NCBI GenBank assembly: GCA_038870975.1
Contig: JAVZJD010000002.1
Location: 320,001-384,000 of the forward strand
Length of the DNA stretch: 64,000 nt
Reading direction: 5' to 3'
Source of the DNA: Candidatus Bathyarchaeia archaeon
GTDB lineage: Archaea; Thermoproteota; CALKCG01; B24
The notes below the pieces were generated by a model, which saw only the letters and a list, made by a program, of their open reading frames with translations, ran no database searches and had not been told where the DNA came from. How positions within the stretch are numbered: position 1 is the first letter of the stretch; every line of letters starts with the position of its first letter. This document shows positions 19,871 through 30,096 of the stretch, piece after piece. The translations under genes were made by a program, and so were the position numbers.

Positions 19871-20917
19871 ATGAAGACCGTGGGAGTTGGAATTATAGGT
19901 TGCGGTTCCATAGGGAAATACCATATAGATAGATGTCTTAAACTTAGCGAGGCTAAAGTTGTAGCCGTCTGTGACATAGATAAACAGGCTTTAAAAGAAG
20001 TGAAAGAGAAGTTTAAGATAGAGAATCTCTACGTTGACTACCATGATCTATTAGATAGGAAGGATGTTGAGGCTGTTATCGTAAGTCTACCGAATTATCT
20101 TCATGCACCTGTGACCATTGACGCTTTAAAGTCTGGGAAGCATGTTCTCTGTGAGAAGCCTCCGGCCTTAAACGCTAGGCAAGTTGAAGAAATGTTTGCA
20201 ACATCTAGAAAAGCTGGTAGGAAGTTGGTTATAGGATTGACTAGGAGATTCTCTAATACGACAAGAGTTTTAAAGAAGTATGTTGGAGATGGGGTATTAG
20301 GTGAAGTGTATCTAGCTAAATGCGGATACCTCAGGAGAACAGGCATACCAGGTATGGGAAGCTGGTTTACTACTAAATCTCTAGCTGGATCAGGGGCTGT
20401 ATTCGATATAGGGGTCCACGCATTGGATATGACTTTTTGGATTATGGATGATTTTAAAGTCAAATCCGTATACGCTTCAACATATGCCAAATTTGGGCCT
20501 AAAGGTAAAGCCGCTGGAGATTGGGGTAAGCCAGTCCCAGGAGGCCCATTTGATGTAGAAGACCTCGGAGTAAGCCTCATAAAAATGGAAAGTGGGGCTA
20601 CAATCTACTTAGAAGCAGCATGGGCTAGTTTTGCGCCTAAAGCCGAATTTTACGTCCACCTCTTAGGCGATGCTGGTGGATTAGAGTACCCAGCTATGAA
20701 CTTGATAACGGAAGAAGAGGGGAAGATCGTCACTAAGAAGATTGAGTGTGAAGAAAGAGAAGATCCATACTTGGTAGAGATGAGACATTTCATTGTAGAT
20801 TGTATATTAAAAGATGAAGAGCCCATCACTAAACCTGAAGAGATGATACTGTTACAGAAGACGCTCGACGCAATCTTAGAATCGGCTGAAGAAGGAGAAG
20901 AAGTTAAAGTCTGTTGA
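19871..20917 (+). CDS. Gfo/Idh/MocA family NAD(P)-dependent oxidoreductase
   Basis: GIIGCGSIG, HVLCEKP, DIGVHALD, FDVED; likely start ATG 19871. Confidence 0.92.
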   Translation: MKTVGVGIIGCGSIGKYHIDRCLKLSEAKVVAVCDIDKQALKEVKEKFKIENLYVDYHDLLDRKDVEAVIVSLPNYLHAPVTIDALKSGKHVLCEKPPALNARQVEEMFATSRKAGRKLVIGLTRRFSNTTRVLKKYVGDGVLGEVYLAKCGYLRRTGIPGMGSWFTTKSLAGSGAVFDIGVHALDMTFWIMDDFKVKSVYASTYAKFGPKGKAAGDWGKPVPGGPFDVEDLGVSLIKMESGATIYLEAAWASFAPKAEFYVHLLGDAGGLEYPAMNLITEEEGKIVTKKIECEEREDPYLVEMRHFIVDCILKDEEPITKPEEMILLQKTLDAILESAEEGEEVKVC

Positions 20918-21039
20918 AGCATCTGGACTCGGCCGTCTCTAGCTTTTACCTATTAAAAGTCTCCCCCTTCTTTTCATCCATTTAAATTTTCATACTATCG
21001 AAGGATTTATTAATTGTGTCTAGTTTTTGAATTTAAAAC

Positions 21040-21261
21040 TTAACGTTTTAGTTCTTTAAGTATTGTAACTGCCGCGACGTGAGAACATACATGTCTTCTC
21101 TGGAAGCCTTCACAAGTACAGGTCAATCTCCCGTCTGGGAGTTGTTGGACGACGTAAGTTCCGTGGTTTCCAATAACGTTGAATCTTCCTCCTCCGAGAT
21201 ACACCACTCTTCTCTGTCTTACGAGTTTTTCTGCTTTCTCAACCATCTTCTCTAAACCCAT
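21040..21261 (-). CDS. SWIM zinc-finger protein
   Basis: CTCEGFQRRHVCSH. Confidence 0.82.
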   Translation of the reverse strand: MGLEKMVEKAEKLVRQRRVVYLGGGRFNVIGNHGTYVVQQLPDGRLTCTCEGFQRRHVCSHVAAVTILKELKR

Positions 21262-21318
21262 CTGAAAAATTTGATAGAAAGGAACTAGGTAAATATTTCC
21301 CTTTAATACAGAGCATTT

Positions 21319-22569
21319 CTAGAAATACCTATAGGCTTTAGCATCGTCGTTAAAACAGTAGTATATTTTTTGATAGCCCTCCATGAACTCTGAAATTCGT
21401 CTACGGGTCTCTTCTACTGTTTCCTTATCGAGAAGTACGTTCGCTATCCTATCGGCTATGAATTCCATTTCAGGTTCACACATACCTAGCCTAGTGACTT
21501 CTTGAACACCCAGTCTAATACCAGAGCATTTGTCTTCCTGCGGGTCCCAGGGTAAAGGCATTGGATTTACTATTATATTTGCCTCCTCGAGTTTGAGACT
21601 AGCATCAACTCCACGGTTACTGCCCACATCCACTATGACCTGGTGGGATTCAGTAAAGCCTTTATCGATGCATAGAGGCTTTAGTCCTTTATCATAGAGA
21701 CTCTCAGCTAGAGACTTTGCATTTTTAACAACCTGATCTGCATATTTTTCACCAAATGCTAGAAATTCGCATAGAGTTATAGCTAGACCTGCAACTCTAT
21801 GAATGTGATGGTTATTAACCATCTGCCAAGCTGAAAAATCTATAGCTGAGCTGTGTTTCCTACGGCACAATATAATGCCGCCCTGAGGCCCAAAGAAGGT
21901 CTTATGCGTACTACCTGTAACTACTTCTGCACCTTCCCTTAAAGGGTCTTGGAATCTTCCACCCGCGATCAATCCCAAAACGTGAGCCGCGTCATATGCT
22001 AAGATCCCTCCATATTCATCAACCACTTCTTTAAGCTCTTTAACAGGATGTGGAAATAGTATGTCTGATGCACCTAGAAGGACTATTTTAGGTCTGACTC
22101 TCCTTATGAGTTTCTCAGATTCTGCAACGTCTACATTGTACTCCTTCTGGTTAAACGGTAGGGGGATCATAGCCACACCTCTTACGCGACTACACTCTTT
22201 AAAACTACTATGCCCACCGTCTAGAACCGTTAAAGCCATCACAGAGTCACCAGGGTTTGTTAATGCATTAAACATAACCAAATTTGCTACCGTTCCACTT
22301 ATTGGAATGTAGTTAACATGCTCTACTTTGAAAAGTTTCTGAGCTAGATAACTAGTTAACTCCTCGATCGAATCTATAAACTTGCATCCTCTATACATTC
22401 GCATGTATAGGAAGCCTATGGCATATCTATGCCCTAGGTCCGAACTCATGACTAGTCTTACTTGTGGACTTGTGATGTTTTCACTCGCTATCAAATTTAT
22501 GCATTTAGACCTATAGTCATGGTGTTTCCTAACATATTCTATCAAATCGTTGATTATCTTATCATACAA
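21319..22569 (-). CDS. glyA: Serine hydroxymethyltransferase-family PLP enzyme (atypical active site)
   Basis: INLIASEN, YDAAHVLGLIAGG, STHKTFFGPQGG and SGIRLG are present, but YAEG reads YAIG and NKN reads NPM. Confidence 0.85.
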   Translation of the reverse strand: MYDKIINDLIEYVRKHHDYRSKCINLIASENITSPQVRLVMSSDLGHRYAIGFLYMRMYRGCKFIDSIEELTSYLAQKLFKVEHVNYIPISGTVANLVMFNALTNPGDSVMALTVLDGGHSSFKECSRVRGVAMIPLPFNQKEYNVDVAESEKLIRRVRPKIVLLGASDILFPHPVKELKEVVDEYGGILAYDAAHVLGLIAGGRFQDPLREGAEVVTGSTHKTFFGPQGGIILCRRKHSSAIDFSAWQMVNNHHIHRVAGLAITLCEFLAFGEKYADQVVKNAKSLAESLYDKGLKPLCIDKGFTESHQVIVDVGSNRGVDASLKLEEANIIVNPMPLPWDPQEDKCSGIRLGVQEVTRLGMCEPEMEFIADRIANVLLDKETVEETRRRISEFMEGYQKIYYCFNDDAKAYRYF

Positions 22570-22601
22570 TACTAAACCTCCTCAAACCAGACAGAAGGAA
22601 A

Positions 22602-22613
22602 AGATAATTATCT
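22602..22613. promoter_or_regulatory. Perfect 12-bp palindrome AGATAATTATCT in the divergent glyA/thrB spacer
   Basis: Seen directly; function inferred. Confidence 0.3.
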
Positions 22614-22654
22614 ACCTTAAATAAATCTTACGTAAACTTCAGGGAGGCATTTGC

Positions 22655-23566
22655 ATGAACCTAGTAAGGTTAAAATGCCCTGCAACAGTCGCCAACTTAG
22701 GAGCTGGATTTGACGTATTCGGTTTAGCCTTAAAAGAACCCTACGATATAGTCGTTGTGGAAAAATCCGATAGGGGAGTTGAAGTTGAAGTTGAGGGCTA
22801 CAACGTCCCTAAAAACCCAGAAGAGAATTCTGGAGGTTATGTAGCTTTAAAGATGATGAGAGATTTTGCAATAGATTCTGGCATAAGGCTCAAAATAATC
22901 AAGCGCATAAAACCAGGCAGTGGACTTGGCAGTTCAGCCGCTACAGCCGCTGGAGTTGCGTATGCCCTCAACGAGATTTTCAACTTGAACTTAGGTTTAG
23001 AAGCTTTAGTGGAATATGCCTCTCTTGGTGAGACCGTTTCAGCTGGCACTGCACACGCAGATAATGTTGCACCAGCACTATATGGGGGATTTACAATAAT
23101 AGCTTCTCATAATCCCTTGAAAGTTTTAAATTTTAAACCACCAGAAGTTGGAATTGTAGTAGCTTTACCGCACATCGAAAAAGGTTCCACCCGGGTGGCT
23201 AGAGAGGTTCTTCCAAAGTATGTTCCGCTTGAATATATGGTCAGAAACATTGCTTACGCTTCTACACTCGTTGCTGGGTTTGTCACTGGAAACACCGACC
23301 TTATAAAAATGGGTATGAATGATTGCGTAGTTGAACCAGCTAGAGCTAATGCCGGGATACTGAGAGGATTTATACAGTTTAAAGAAGCGGGTGTTAGAAT
23401 CGGAGCAGGTGTTGCAGCAAGTGGGGCAGGGCCCGCAGTAATTGGACTGATTGAGAAACATTTAGTCGACACGTTATATAACGCTTTTGAAAGAGTGTGT
23501 AAAGCTCTAGGTGTGAGCTATACGATTTATAAGACTGAGCCCGGAGATGGTATATGCATGTTTTAG
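22655..23566 (+). CDS. thrB: Homoserine kinase
   Basis: PATVANLGAGFDVFGLA, PGSGLGSSAA, HADNVAP, SGAGP. Confidence 0.95.
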   Translation: MNLVRLKCPATVANLGAGFDVFGLALKEPYDIVVVEKSDRGVEVEVEGYNVPKNPEENSGGYVALKMMRDFAIDSGIRLKIIKRIKPGSGLGSSAATAAGVAYALNEIFNLNLGLEALVEYASLGETVSAGTAHADNVAPALYGGFTIIASHNPLKVLNFKPPEVGIVVALPHIEKGSTRVAREVLPKYVPLEYMVRNIAYASTLVAGFVTGNTDLIKMGMNDCVVEPARANAGILRGFIQFKEAGVRIGAGVAASGAGPAVIGLIEKHLVDTLYNAFERVCKALGVSYTIYKTEPGDGICMF

Positions 23567-23578
23567 GGGGATGCTCAT

Positions 23579-24796
23579 ATGAGGATACATTGTATAGAGT
23601 GCGGTAGCTCTATAGGTATTATGGATAAAGCTTACGCTTGTCCAAAGTGTGGTGGTCTACTGGATGTAGAGTATGACTACGATACTTTGACCGAAATCGC
23701 TCCGAAGGCATGGCCCAATAGACCCATAGGCGTTTGGAGGTACGGGGAACTCCTACCCATTTTAAATAAATCGCTCAGAGTATCGATGAATGAGGGCGGT
23801 ACAAGACTCATACACTGTAGAAGACTAGGTGAAAAACTCAAACTTAAAAACCTATATGTCAAAGATGAGGGGAGCAATCCAACAGGCTCCTTCAAAGATA
23901 GAGGGATGACTATTGGTGTTACTAAGGCTCTTGAGTTTGGAGTTAAGAACCTCATATGTGCTTCAACAGGGAATACCGCTAGCTCTCTAGCAGCTTATGC
24001 TGCTAGAGCTGGGTTAAACTGTATAGTATTGATACCATCGGGTAAGATTGCACTCGGCAAACTCGCTCAGGCCATAGTATATGGCGCTAAAGTATTAGCA
24101 GTTAAAGGGAATTTCGATGATGCCCTCAGAATAGTCGTAGAGCTCAGCAGTAGGCCAGACTTCTACCTCTTGAATTCATTAAACCCTTATAGGCTTGAGG
24201 GGCAGAAAACAGCCGCATTTGAAATATATGAGCAACTGGGGAATCGAGTACCTGACTGGCTGATAATCCCAGTTGGAAACGCTGGCAACATTTCGGCTTA
24301 TTGGAAGGGGTTTGAAGAACTCTCACTAATAGGCTTATCAAATCTTAAGCCTAAGATGATTGGTGTTCAATCTAAAGGAGCTAACCCTCTCGTCAGAGCT
24401 TTCAGAGAAAATAGAGACTTAGTCCCTCTAACGGAAATAGAAACTATTGCGACGGCCATTAGAATAGGTAATCCTGTCAATTGGAGGAAGGCCATGAGAG
24501 CTGTTAAAACCTCTAACGGCTTATTCGAAGATGTAAGTGACGAAGATATATTGGAAGCTCAGAAAAACTTAGCTAAGATGGAGGGTATATTCACAGAGCC
24601 CGCCGGAGCTACGCCTATCGCATACCTTATGAGACACCGCGACGATGGCTTAATCGATAAAGATGATACCGTAGTATGTGTGGCTACTGGCAGTGGTTTG
24701 AAAGACCCAGATAGTGTTATAAAGTTCTCTGACAAGCCAGTAGAGATCGAAGCCGATGCTAAAAGTGTTCTCAGCTACATTAGGAGTTTGAGCTGA
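23579..24796 (+). CDS. thrC: Threonine synthase
   Basis: N-terminal Zn ribbon; NPTGSFKDRG, CASTGNT, PVGNAGN, TGSGLKD. Confidence 0.95.
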   Translation: MRIHCIECGSSIGIMDKAYACPKCGGLLDVEYDYDTLTEIAPKAWPNRPIGVWRYGELLPILNKSLRVSMNEGGTRLIHCRRLGEKLKLKNLYVKDEGSNPTGSFKDRGMTIGVTKALEFGVKNLICASTGNTASSLAAYAARAGLNCIVLIPSGKIALGKLAQAIVYGAKVLAVKGNFDDALRIVVELSSRPDFYLLNSLNPYRLEGQKTAAFEIYEQLGNRVPDWLIIPVGNAGNISAYWKGFEELSLIGLSNLKPKMIGVQSKGANPLVRAFRENRDLVPLTEIETIATAIRIGNPVNWRKAMRAVKTSNGLFEDVSDEDILEAQKNLAKMEGIFTEPAGATPIAYLMRHRDDGLIDKDDTVVCVATGSGLKDPDSVIKFSDKPVEIEADAKSVLSYIRSLS

Positions 24797-24797
24797 T

Positions 24798-25829
24798 ATG
24801 AGGATTTTCATGATAGGCTTTGGTGTAGTTGGCAGAGCCTTAGCAGAGAGAATAATAAGCGAAAGAGATAGGTTGGCCTCGAAATTTGGACTTAAACCCA
24901 GAGTAGTAGTTGTAGCCGACAGTTCAGGAGCTTTAGTTGACGAGAGGGGCATTAATATTAGAGAGGTACTTGAAGCTAAGAAGAAGAGCGGATATCTAGC
25001 TAGAGCCATGCCAGATAACGTTGTAAAGATACCGTTAGAAGATTTGCTCGAAAAATTCGATTACGATGTTTTAGTAGAAACTACTCCCACCAACATAATT
25101 GATGGAGAACCTGGGCTAACATACATAAGGAAAGCCTTATCTATGGGCAAAAGCGTCGTAACTACGAATAAAGGGCCCTTGGCATTAGCCCTACCTGCTC
25201 TCACTGAAATAGCCGATAGAAGTGGAGCCATTTTAAGATTTAGTGGAGCAGTCGGTGGGGGAACACCAGTACTCGATTTTGGAAGAATGTGTCAGTCTGG
25301 AGATGATATTATTAAAGTGGAGGGAATCTTAAACGGAACCACGAACTACATTCTAACTAGAATGTATAAAGAAGGATTAGATTTTAATGGGGCGTTAACT
25401 GAGGCTCAAAGAGCTGGATATGCTGAAAAAGATCCATCCATGGACATAGATGGGTTTGATACAGCGTGTAAACTCGTAATTATAGCCAACTATGTTATGA
25501 ATTTGAGGGTTACACTTAAAGATGTTAACATCAGAGGGATAAGGGGAGTAACCTGCAGTCAAATTAAAAAGCTCGCAAAATCCGGTAAAACGATTAAACT
25601 TCTGGGCGTTATCGATAAAGAAAATGGTCTTCTAGAGGTTCAACCTAGGGAAGTTGAATTAACGAATCCTCTATGTGTCTGGGGCACGTTAAATGCCGTA
25701 ACATTTCACATGGAGAAATTAGGGCCGGAGACAATAGTTGGTAAAGGTGCTGGAGGAGTGGAAACAGCTGTGGCTGTAGTAAGAGATTTAATATCCGTCA
25801 AGAGATTTTTAATGGATAGATTGGGGTGA
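24798..25829 (+). CDS. hom: Homoserine dehydrogenase
   Basis: GFGVVG, TTNKGP, GILNGTTNYIL, GYAEKDPSMDIDGFD. Confidence 0.95.
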   Translation: MRIFMIGFGVVGRALAERIISERDRLASKFGLKPRVVVVADSSGALVDERGINIREVLEAKKKSGYLARAMPDNVVKIPLEDLLEKFDYDVLVETTPTNIIDGEPGLTYIRKALSMGKSVVTTNKGPLALALPALTEIADRSGAILRFSGAVGGGTPVLDFGRMCQSGDDIIKVEGILNGTTNYILTRMYKEGLDFNGALTEAQRAGYAEKDPSMDIDGFDTACKLVIIANYVMNLRVTLKDVNIRGIRGVTCSQIKKLAKSGKTIKLLGVIDKENGLLEVQPREVELTNPLCVWGTLNAVTFHMEKLGPETIVGKGAGGVETAVAVVRDLISVKRFLMDRLG

Positions 25830-27241
25830 TTGCCTTTAAAATCGTTATGAAGTTTGGAGGGACATCACTAGGCGATGCTTCTAGTGTTAGACATGTAGCA
25901 GATTTAATTTGTAGATACTTTCAAATGGGCTACAAAGTGGTTGTAGTATCTTCAGCCTCCTCAGGTGTTACTGACGAGCTTTTAAACATGTGTGAAGAGT
26001 CTCTTAAAGACGAGACACTTATAGCTGATAGAGTGGGTGAGCTGTTTGAGAGACATATACGTATGGCTGAGAAGTCTATTGAAAACGGCGAATATCTAAA
26101 TAGCGTACTTAAAATTCTTAATTCCTTCAAGGGACAATTGGAGAAGCTTTTACATGGAATACATTACGTTAAAGAAGTTACACCGAGGGTCAGAGACCAT
26201 GTGGCATCCTTCGGAGAAGTTATCTCTACACCAATACTATGGGGTTGTCTAAACAGCATTGGCGTTAAAGCCGAGTGGCTCACTGGTTGGGATGCAGGGA
26301 TAGTCACAGATTCAAATTATGGAGAAGCTAGACCCTTCATCGAATTAAGTAAACTTCAACTTAGGAATAAACTTCTACCGATGATTGATAAAGGGGTTGT
26401 CCCATTGGTTACTGGCTACATAGCCAAAAGCCAAGATGGTTCAATTACAACGTTAGGAAGAGGGGGTTCGGATTACACAGCTACTTTAATTGCCGCAGCT
26501 TTAAAAGCAGATGAAGTTTGGCTTTGGACAGATGTGGACGGTCTTATGACAGCAGACCCGAAGATAGAGCCATCTGCTAAAACCATAGAAGAACTCAGTT
26601 TTGAAGAGGCAGTTGAAATGGCTATTTTGGGAGCTAAGAGGATGCACCCGAGGGCTCTAGAGCCAGCTATTGCAGAAAATATACCAGTTAGAATTAGGAA
26701 TACATTTAATCCTGAGAACCCAGGGACTCTTATAACGTCAAAACCGTCTAAAAGTAAAGATGTTGTTAGAGCTATTACAGTAGCTAGAGACGTAGGCTTA
26801 ATAAACGTGCAGGGCTTCGGTATGGTTGGGACTCCTGGAACCGCTGCTAGAATCTTTCAGATCCTTGGAAGAGCAAATATAAATGTAATGATGATTGCTC
26901 AGACTGTTAGTGAAAGTAATATATCAATAGTTATTCCAAGGAAAATGCTTATGAAAGCCGTTTCCCTTCTTGAGACAGCGCTACTCGGTACAGACTTAGT
27001 GAGAAGTGTGAGTTATGAGTCGGATGTAGCAGTCGTAGCGGCTATTGGAAGTGGAATGAGAGGTAAACCAGGGACAGCTGCTAGAATATTCAAAGCAGTA
27101 GCAAACGAAGGAGTTAACATTATAATGATAGCTCAGGGTTCATCCGAATTAAACATATCGATTGTAGTTAAGAATAGTGAATGCGAAAAAGCTGTAAGGG
27201 CAATACATAGAGAATTCGACCTGGGAAGACAAGTTATTTAA
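25826..27241 (+). CDS. lysC: Aspartate kinase with two ACT domains
   Basis: VMKFGGTS, TTLGRGGSDYTA, WTDVDG..TADP; GTGA overlap with hom. Confidence 0.95.
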   Translation: MIAFKIVMKFGGTSLGDASSVRHVADLICRYFQMGYKVVVVSSASSGVTDELLNMCEESLKDETLIADRVGELFERHIRMAEKSIENGEYLNSVLKILNSFKGQLEKLLHGIHYVKEVTPRVRDHVASFGEVISTPILWGCLNSIGVKAEWLTGWDAGIVTDSNYGEARPFIELSKLQLRNKLLPMIDKGVVPLVTGYIAKSQDGSITTLGRGGSDYTATLIAAALKADEVWLWTDVDGLMTADPKIEPSAKTIEELSFEEAVEMAILGAKRMHPRALEPAIAENIPVRIRNTFNPENPGTLITSKPSKSKDVVRAITVARDVGLINVQGFGMVGTPGTAARIFQILGRANINVMMIAQTVSESNISIVIPRKMLMKAVSLLETALLGTDLVRSVSYESDVAVVAAIGSGMRGKPGTAARIFKAVANEGVNIIMIAQGSSELNISIVVKNSECEKAVRAIHREFDLGRQVI

Positions 27242-27776
27242 AGAGAAGCTTATAAGCGGTTAGAATCATTTCAGCTACATCTTCCATTTTCTTAAAGCTT
27301 GTATTAACCACCAGATGGTAGTTTTTGGGGTTCAACCAGTTTAAACCGTAAAATCTTTTGACGAGATTACCTCTTTCATCATCACTATGTTTAATTTCCT
27401 CTTCTGCTTTCTCAAGCGATATCTTTCGCCTCTCTGCAATCCTAGATATCCTAAACTTATCATCAGCAACTAGAAGAACCTTGAAAATATCCCACCTCTT
27501 CAATAAGAAGAGAGCGGACCTACCTTCAATTATCGCTCTATCTTCTAGATTGACGACATCTAAAACTAAGCTTTCAAAAATACGGTCTATTCGCACTTCT
27601 CCAGATGATATATACTCTTCGAAATTGCTGAATTTCATAGCAGTTTCCGCTAAAAACTTTCTCATCAAGCTTTCACTATTGAACATCTTAATACCAGTTT
27701 TTCTGGATATAATTTCTGCTACCTCAGTACATCCAGCCCCGAGTTGACCTGCAAGAGCTATCTTCAGAAGAACCAC
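27234..27776 (-). CDS. Cytidylate kinase-like family protein
   Basis: GQLGAG P-loop-like, IIEGR, RISRIAER, SDDER, YHLVVNTS. Confidence 0.75.
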   Translation of the reverse strand: MVLLKIALAGQLGAGCTEVAEIISRKTGIKMFNSESLMRKFLAETAMKFSNFEEYISSGEVRIDRIFESLVLDVVNLEDRAIIEGRSALFLLKRWDIFKVLLVADDKFRISRIAERRKISLEKAEEEIKHSDDERGNLVKRFYGLNWLNPKNYHLVVNTSFKKMEDVAEMILTAYKLLFK

Positions 27777-27793
27777 CTACAGTTTAGTTAAAA

Positions 27794-29053
27794 TTACCCC
27801 CTTATTTTAAGTTTCGCAAGTTCATCCGCAAGAATAGGCAAGAATGTTCCAATATCAGAAACAACGCCCAGAGCTTGAGCCGAACCTCTATCTAAAAGTT
27901 TAATTAAAGTAGCTGGGTTAATGTCCACACAGACAACTTTAACAGTCGAAGGTAGCATATTGCCCACGGCTATTGAATGTAGCATAGTTGCAAGCATAAG
28001 AACCATATTAGCATCTTTAAGGTAGGCCCTGTAAAGCTTCTGAGCCTCGACTACATCTGTGATTACGTCTGGTAATGGACCGTCGTCTCTTATGGACCCA
28101 GCTAATACATATGGAACATTATTTACGATACACTCGTAGAAGATTCCGGATTTTATGACACCTTTAGCGACGGCATCTCTTATGGACCCGGCTTTCATAA
28201 CTTCGTTTATAGCGGCGAGGTGATTCCTATTGCTTCCAACAATGGTTTTACCGTTTTTCACAGACACCCCAAGGGATGTACCGAAAAGATTATACTCAAT
28301 GTCATGAACTGCTAGGGCGTTGCCAGATAAAAGAACGTCTACAAACCCCATTCGTATGATTTTAGCCAAAGCTTCATCGGAACCTGTATGCACAACAGCT
28401 GGGCCGGCCACTACGACTATTTTACCACCAGACTTCTTGATTTTCACCATATCTTCTGCTATTACTTTGATTATCGACGTTGAGGGTTTCTCAGGTGAAC
28501 TTCTACTACTCATAAACTCAAATATTCCAGAACCCTCTCTAGGGTACTCTGGAGGTTTAACTCTAACTCCCTTCTCACCTACCACTATTAAATCTCCGGC
28601 TTTTACATCTCTTATAGACTTGCAGTATGCTCTATTTGATGAAGGGTCTATTGAGATTACTTTATCCATACATATTCCTTCGACTTCAAGCCAATTGCCT
28701 CTATAGTATACGTAGGTAGGATGGTTGGTAGTTACGTAGAACCCGTCCGGTAATACCATATCGGTTGGGGCTTTTTCAAGTTTAACTTCTTCTGGGATAG
28801 GCGTGATTGCACCCAGACGATAGACTTCTTTCAAAATCATTTCAAGATGACGCCTGCTTCTACCTTTAATTAACAGTTTCGCGTAACTTGTCTCCGTTTT
28901 ACGCCTACCTATTCGAAATTCCAATACTTCAAAATCGCCGCCGAGGTCCATTATTATGTCAAAGACTTTTGGAAGAATTAGAGAATCTATGAGATGACCT
29001 TCTAGTTCAACTTCTTGAGAAACTTCTTCATTATTATTCTGGAAAACGGTCAC
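27794..29053 (-). CDS. TIGR00300-family protein (ornithine cyclodeaminase-like, LOR/SDH-related)
   Basis: LEGHLIDS, PDGFYVTTNHPT, FEFMSS, GNALAVHDIE, LAGSIRDDGPLP, MLHSIAVGNMLP. Confidence 0.88.
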   Translation of the reverse strand: MTVFQNNNEEVSQEVELEGHLIDSLILPKVFDIIMDLGGDFEVLEFRIGRRKTETSYAKLLIKGRSRRHLEMILKEVYRLGAITPIPEEVKLEKAPTDMVLPDGFYVTTNHPTYVYYRGNWLEVEGICMDKVISIDPSSNRAYCKSIRDVKAGDLIVVGEKGVRVKPPEYPREGSGIFEFMSSRSSPEKPSTSIIKVIAEDMVKIKKSGGKIVVVAGPAVVHTGSDEALAKIIRMGFVDVLLSGNALAVHDIEYNLFGTSLGVSVKNGKTIVGSNRNHLAAINEVMKAGSIRDAVAKGVIKSGIFYECIVNNVPYVLAGSIRDDGPLPDVITDVVEAQKLYRAYLKDANMVLMLATMLHSIAVGNMLPSTVKVVCVDINPATLIKLLDRGSAQALGVVSDIGTFLPILADELAKLKIRG

Positions 29054-29143
29054 CTCTCACTATCGACCACCATGAAACATCATATGAATAGCATCGAGGG
29101 ATATTTAACTTTTACAATTTCGTAGTTGGAAAAAAATGAGGGT

Positions 29144-29893
29144 TTAACTTACGTAGAATACCACATAAATGGTGACTGTAATTTCTACCTCACCCGGATA
29201 TATGGGAGTTGTCTGAAGTAGCATATCTGAAGTTTCATATCGTGCTATTGCCCACCTTGATGTGTCTAACACTTCTATGCTCTTAACTCCGATAATTGAC
29301 ATATTTAGTGGTTTTAAAGCGGCCTCAGCTTTACGTCTAGCGTCTTCAACCGCCAAAGATATGAGGAACAGCTTAGTACTATTCATAAGTTCGTCTGAGA
29401 CAGAAAACCATATACCATCAATACGGTTGATCCCGTTTGCTACGGCTACATCTATCAATAGTCCTATTATTTCAAGCTTTTTAGTTGTAACAGTAACTGT
29501 ATTGACAGCTCTGTATCCTCTTAAAACAGGCGGTTCATCCTTTGGATAATAGTATTGAGGATATATGGCTAGAGTTGTCGTTTTGAGTTCTCTATCATCT
29601 AAACCGAGTTGCTTCATTGCCTCTATGACTCTATTCATAAGTTCGGTGTTTTTAGATAAGGCTTCGGAGGCAGTTTCAGCCTCCGTTTCAATCGTAAGAC
29701 TTACTGAGACTTGATCTGGTCTGACTGTTATAAGACTAATACCGCTGACGGACAATGTGGATTTATTTTCCTCTACAACTCCAGTAGCTGTCTTCAAATT
29801 TTTAGGAGGAGAGAGTGTTAAGAATGCTAATGCCACTAAAAGCACCAATGTCGCCGACGATAGAAAGGCTATTTTAAATTCTCTATCTTTCAT
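29144..29893 (-). CDS. SIMPL (DUF541) domain protein with N-terminal anchor
   Basis: LSVSG...PD, IYPQY, GYRAVN, GINRIDGIWF, AVEDARRKA; likely ATG at 29893. Confidence 0.85.
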   Translation of the reverse strand: MKDREFKIAFLSSATLVLLVALAFLTLSPPKNLKTATGVVEENKSTLSVSGISLITVRPDQVSVSLTIETEAETASEALSKNTELMNRVIEAMKQLGLDDRELKTTTLAIYPQYYYPKDEPPVLRGYRAVNTVTVTTKKLEIIGLLIDVAVANGINRIDGIWFSVSDELMNSTKLFLISLAVEDARRKAEAALKPLNMSIIGVKSIEVLDTSRWAIARYETSDMLLQTTPIYPGEVEITVTIYVVFYVS

Positions 29894-30096
29894 TTCCAAA
29901 AACCAACATCTATAGAGAAAGATTCGAAATAAAGAATCTATCTTTTGAAACAGGTCGTTTAAGGAAGTAGAACGTTCTAGTATGGAACTATACAAGTTAA
30001 AATAAGTAAAAAGATTCCATCATCGAATCTTGAAAAGTGTTAGAAGATAGAACCTCTTATATATTGACTATTTCTTTTCTTAAAGTTGGTGTTTCT

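Noticed and set aside
25823-25840. Non-canonical TTT start for lysC after GGGGTGA
   Set aside because: The GTGA stop/start overlap with hom explains the GTG start.
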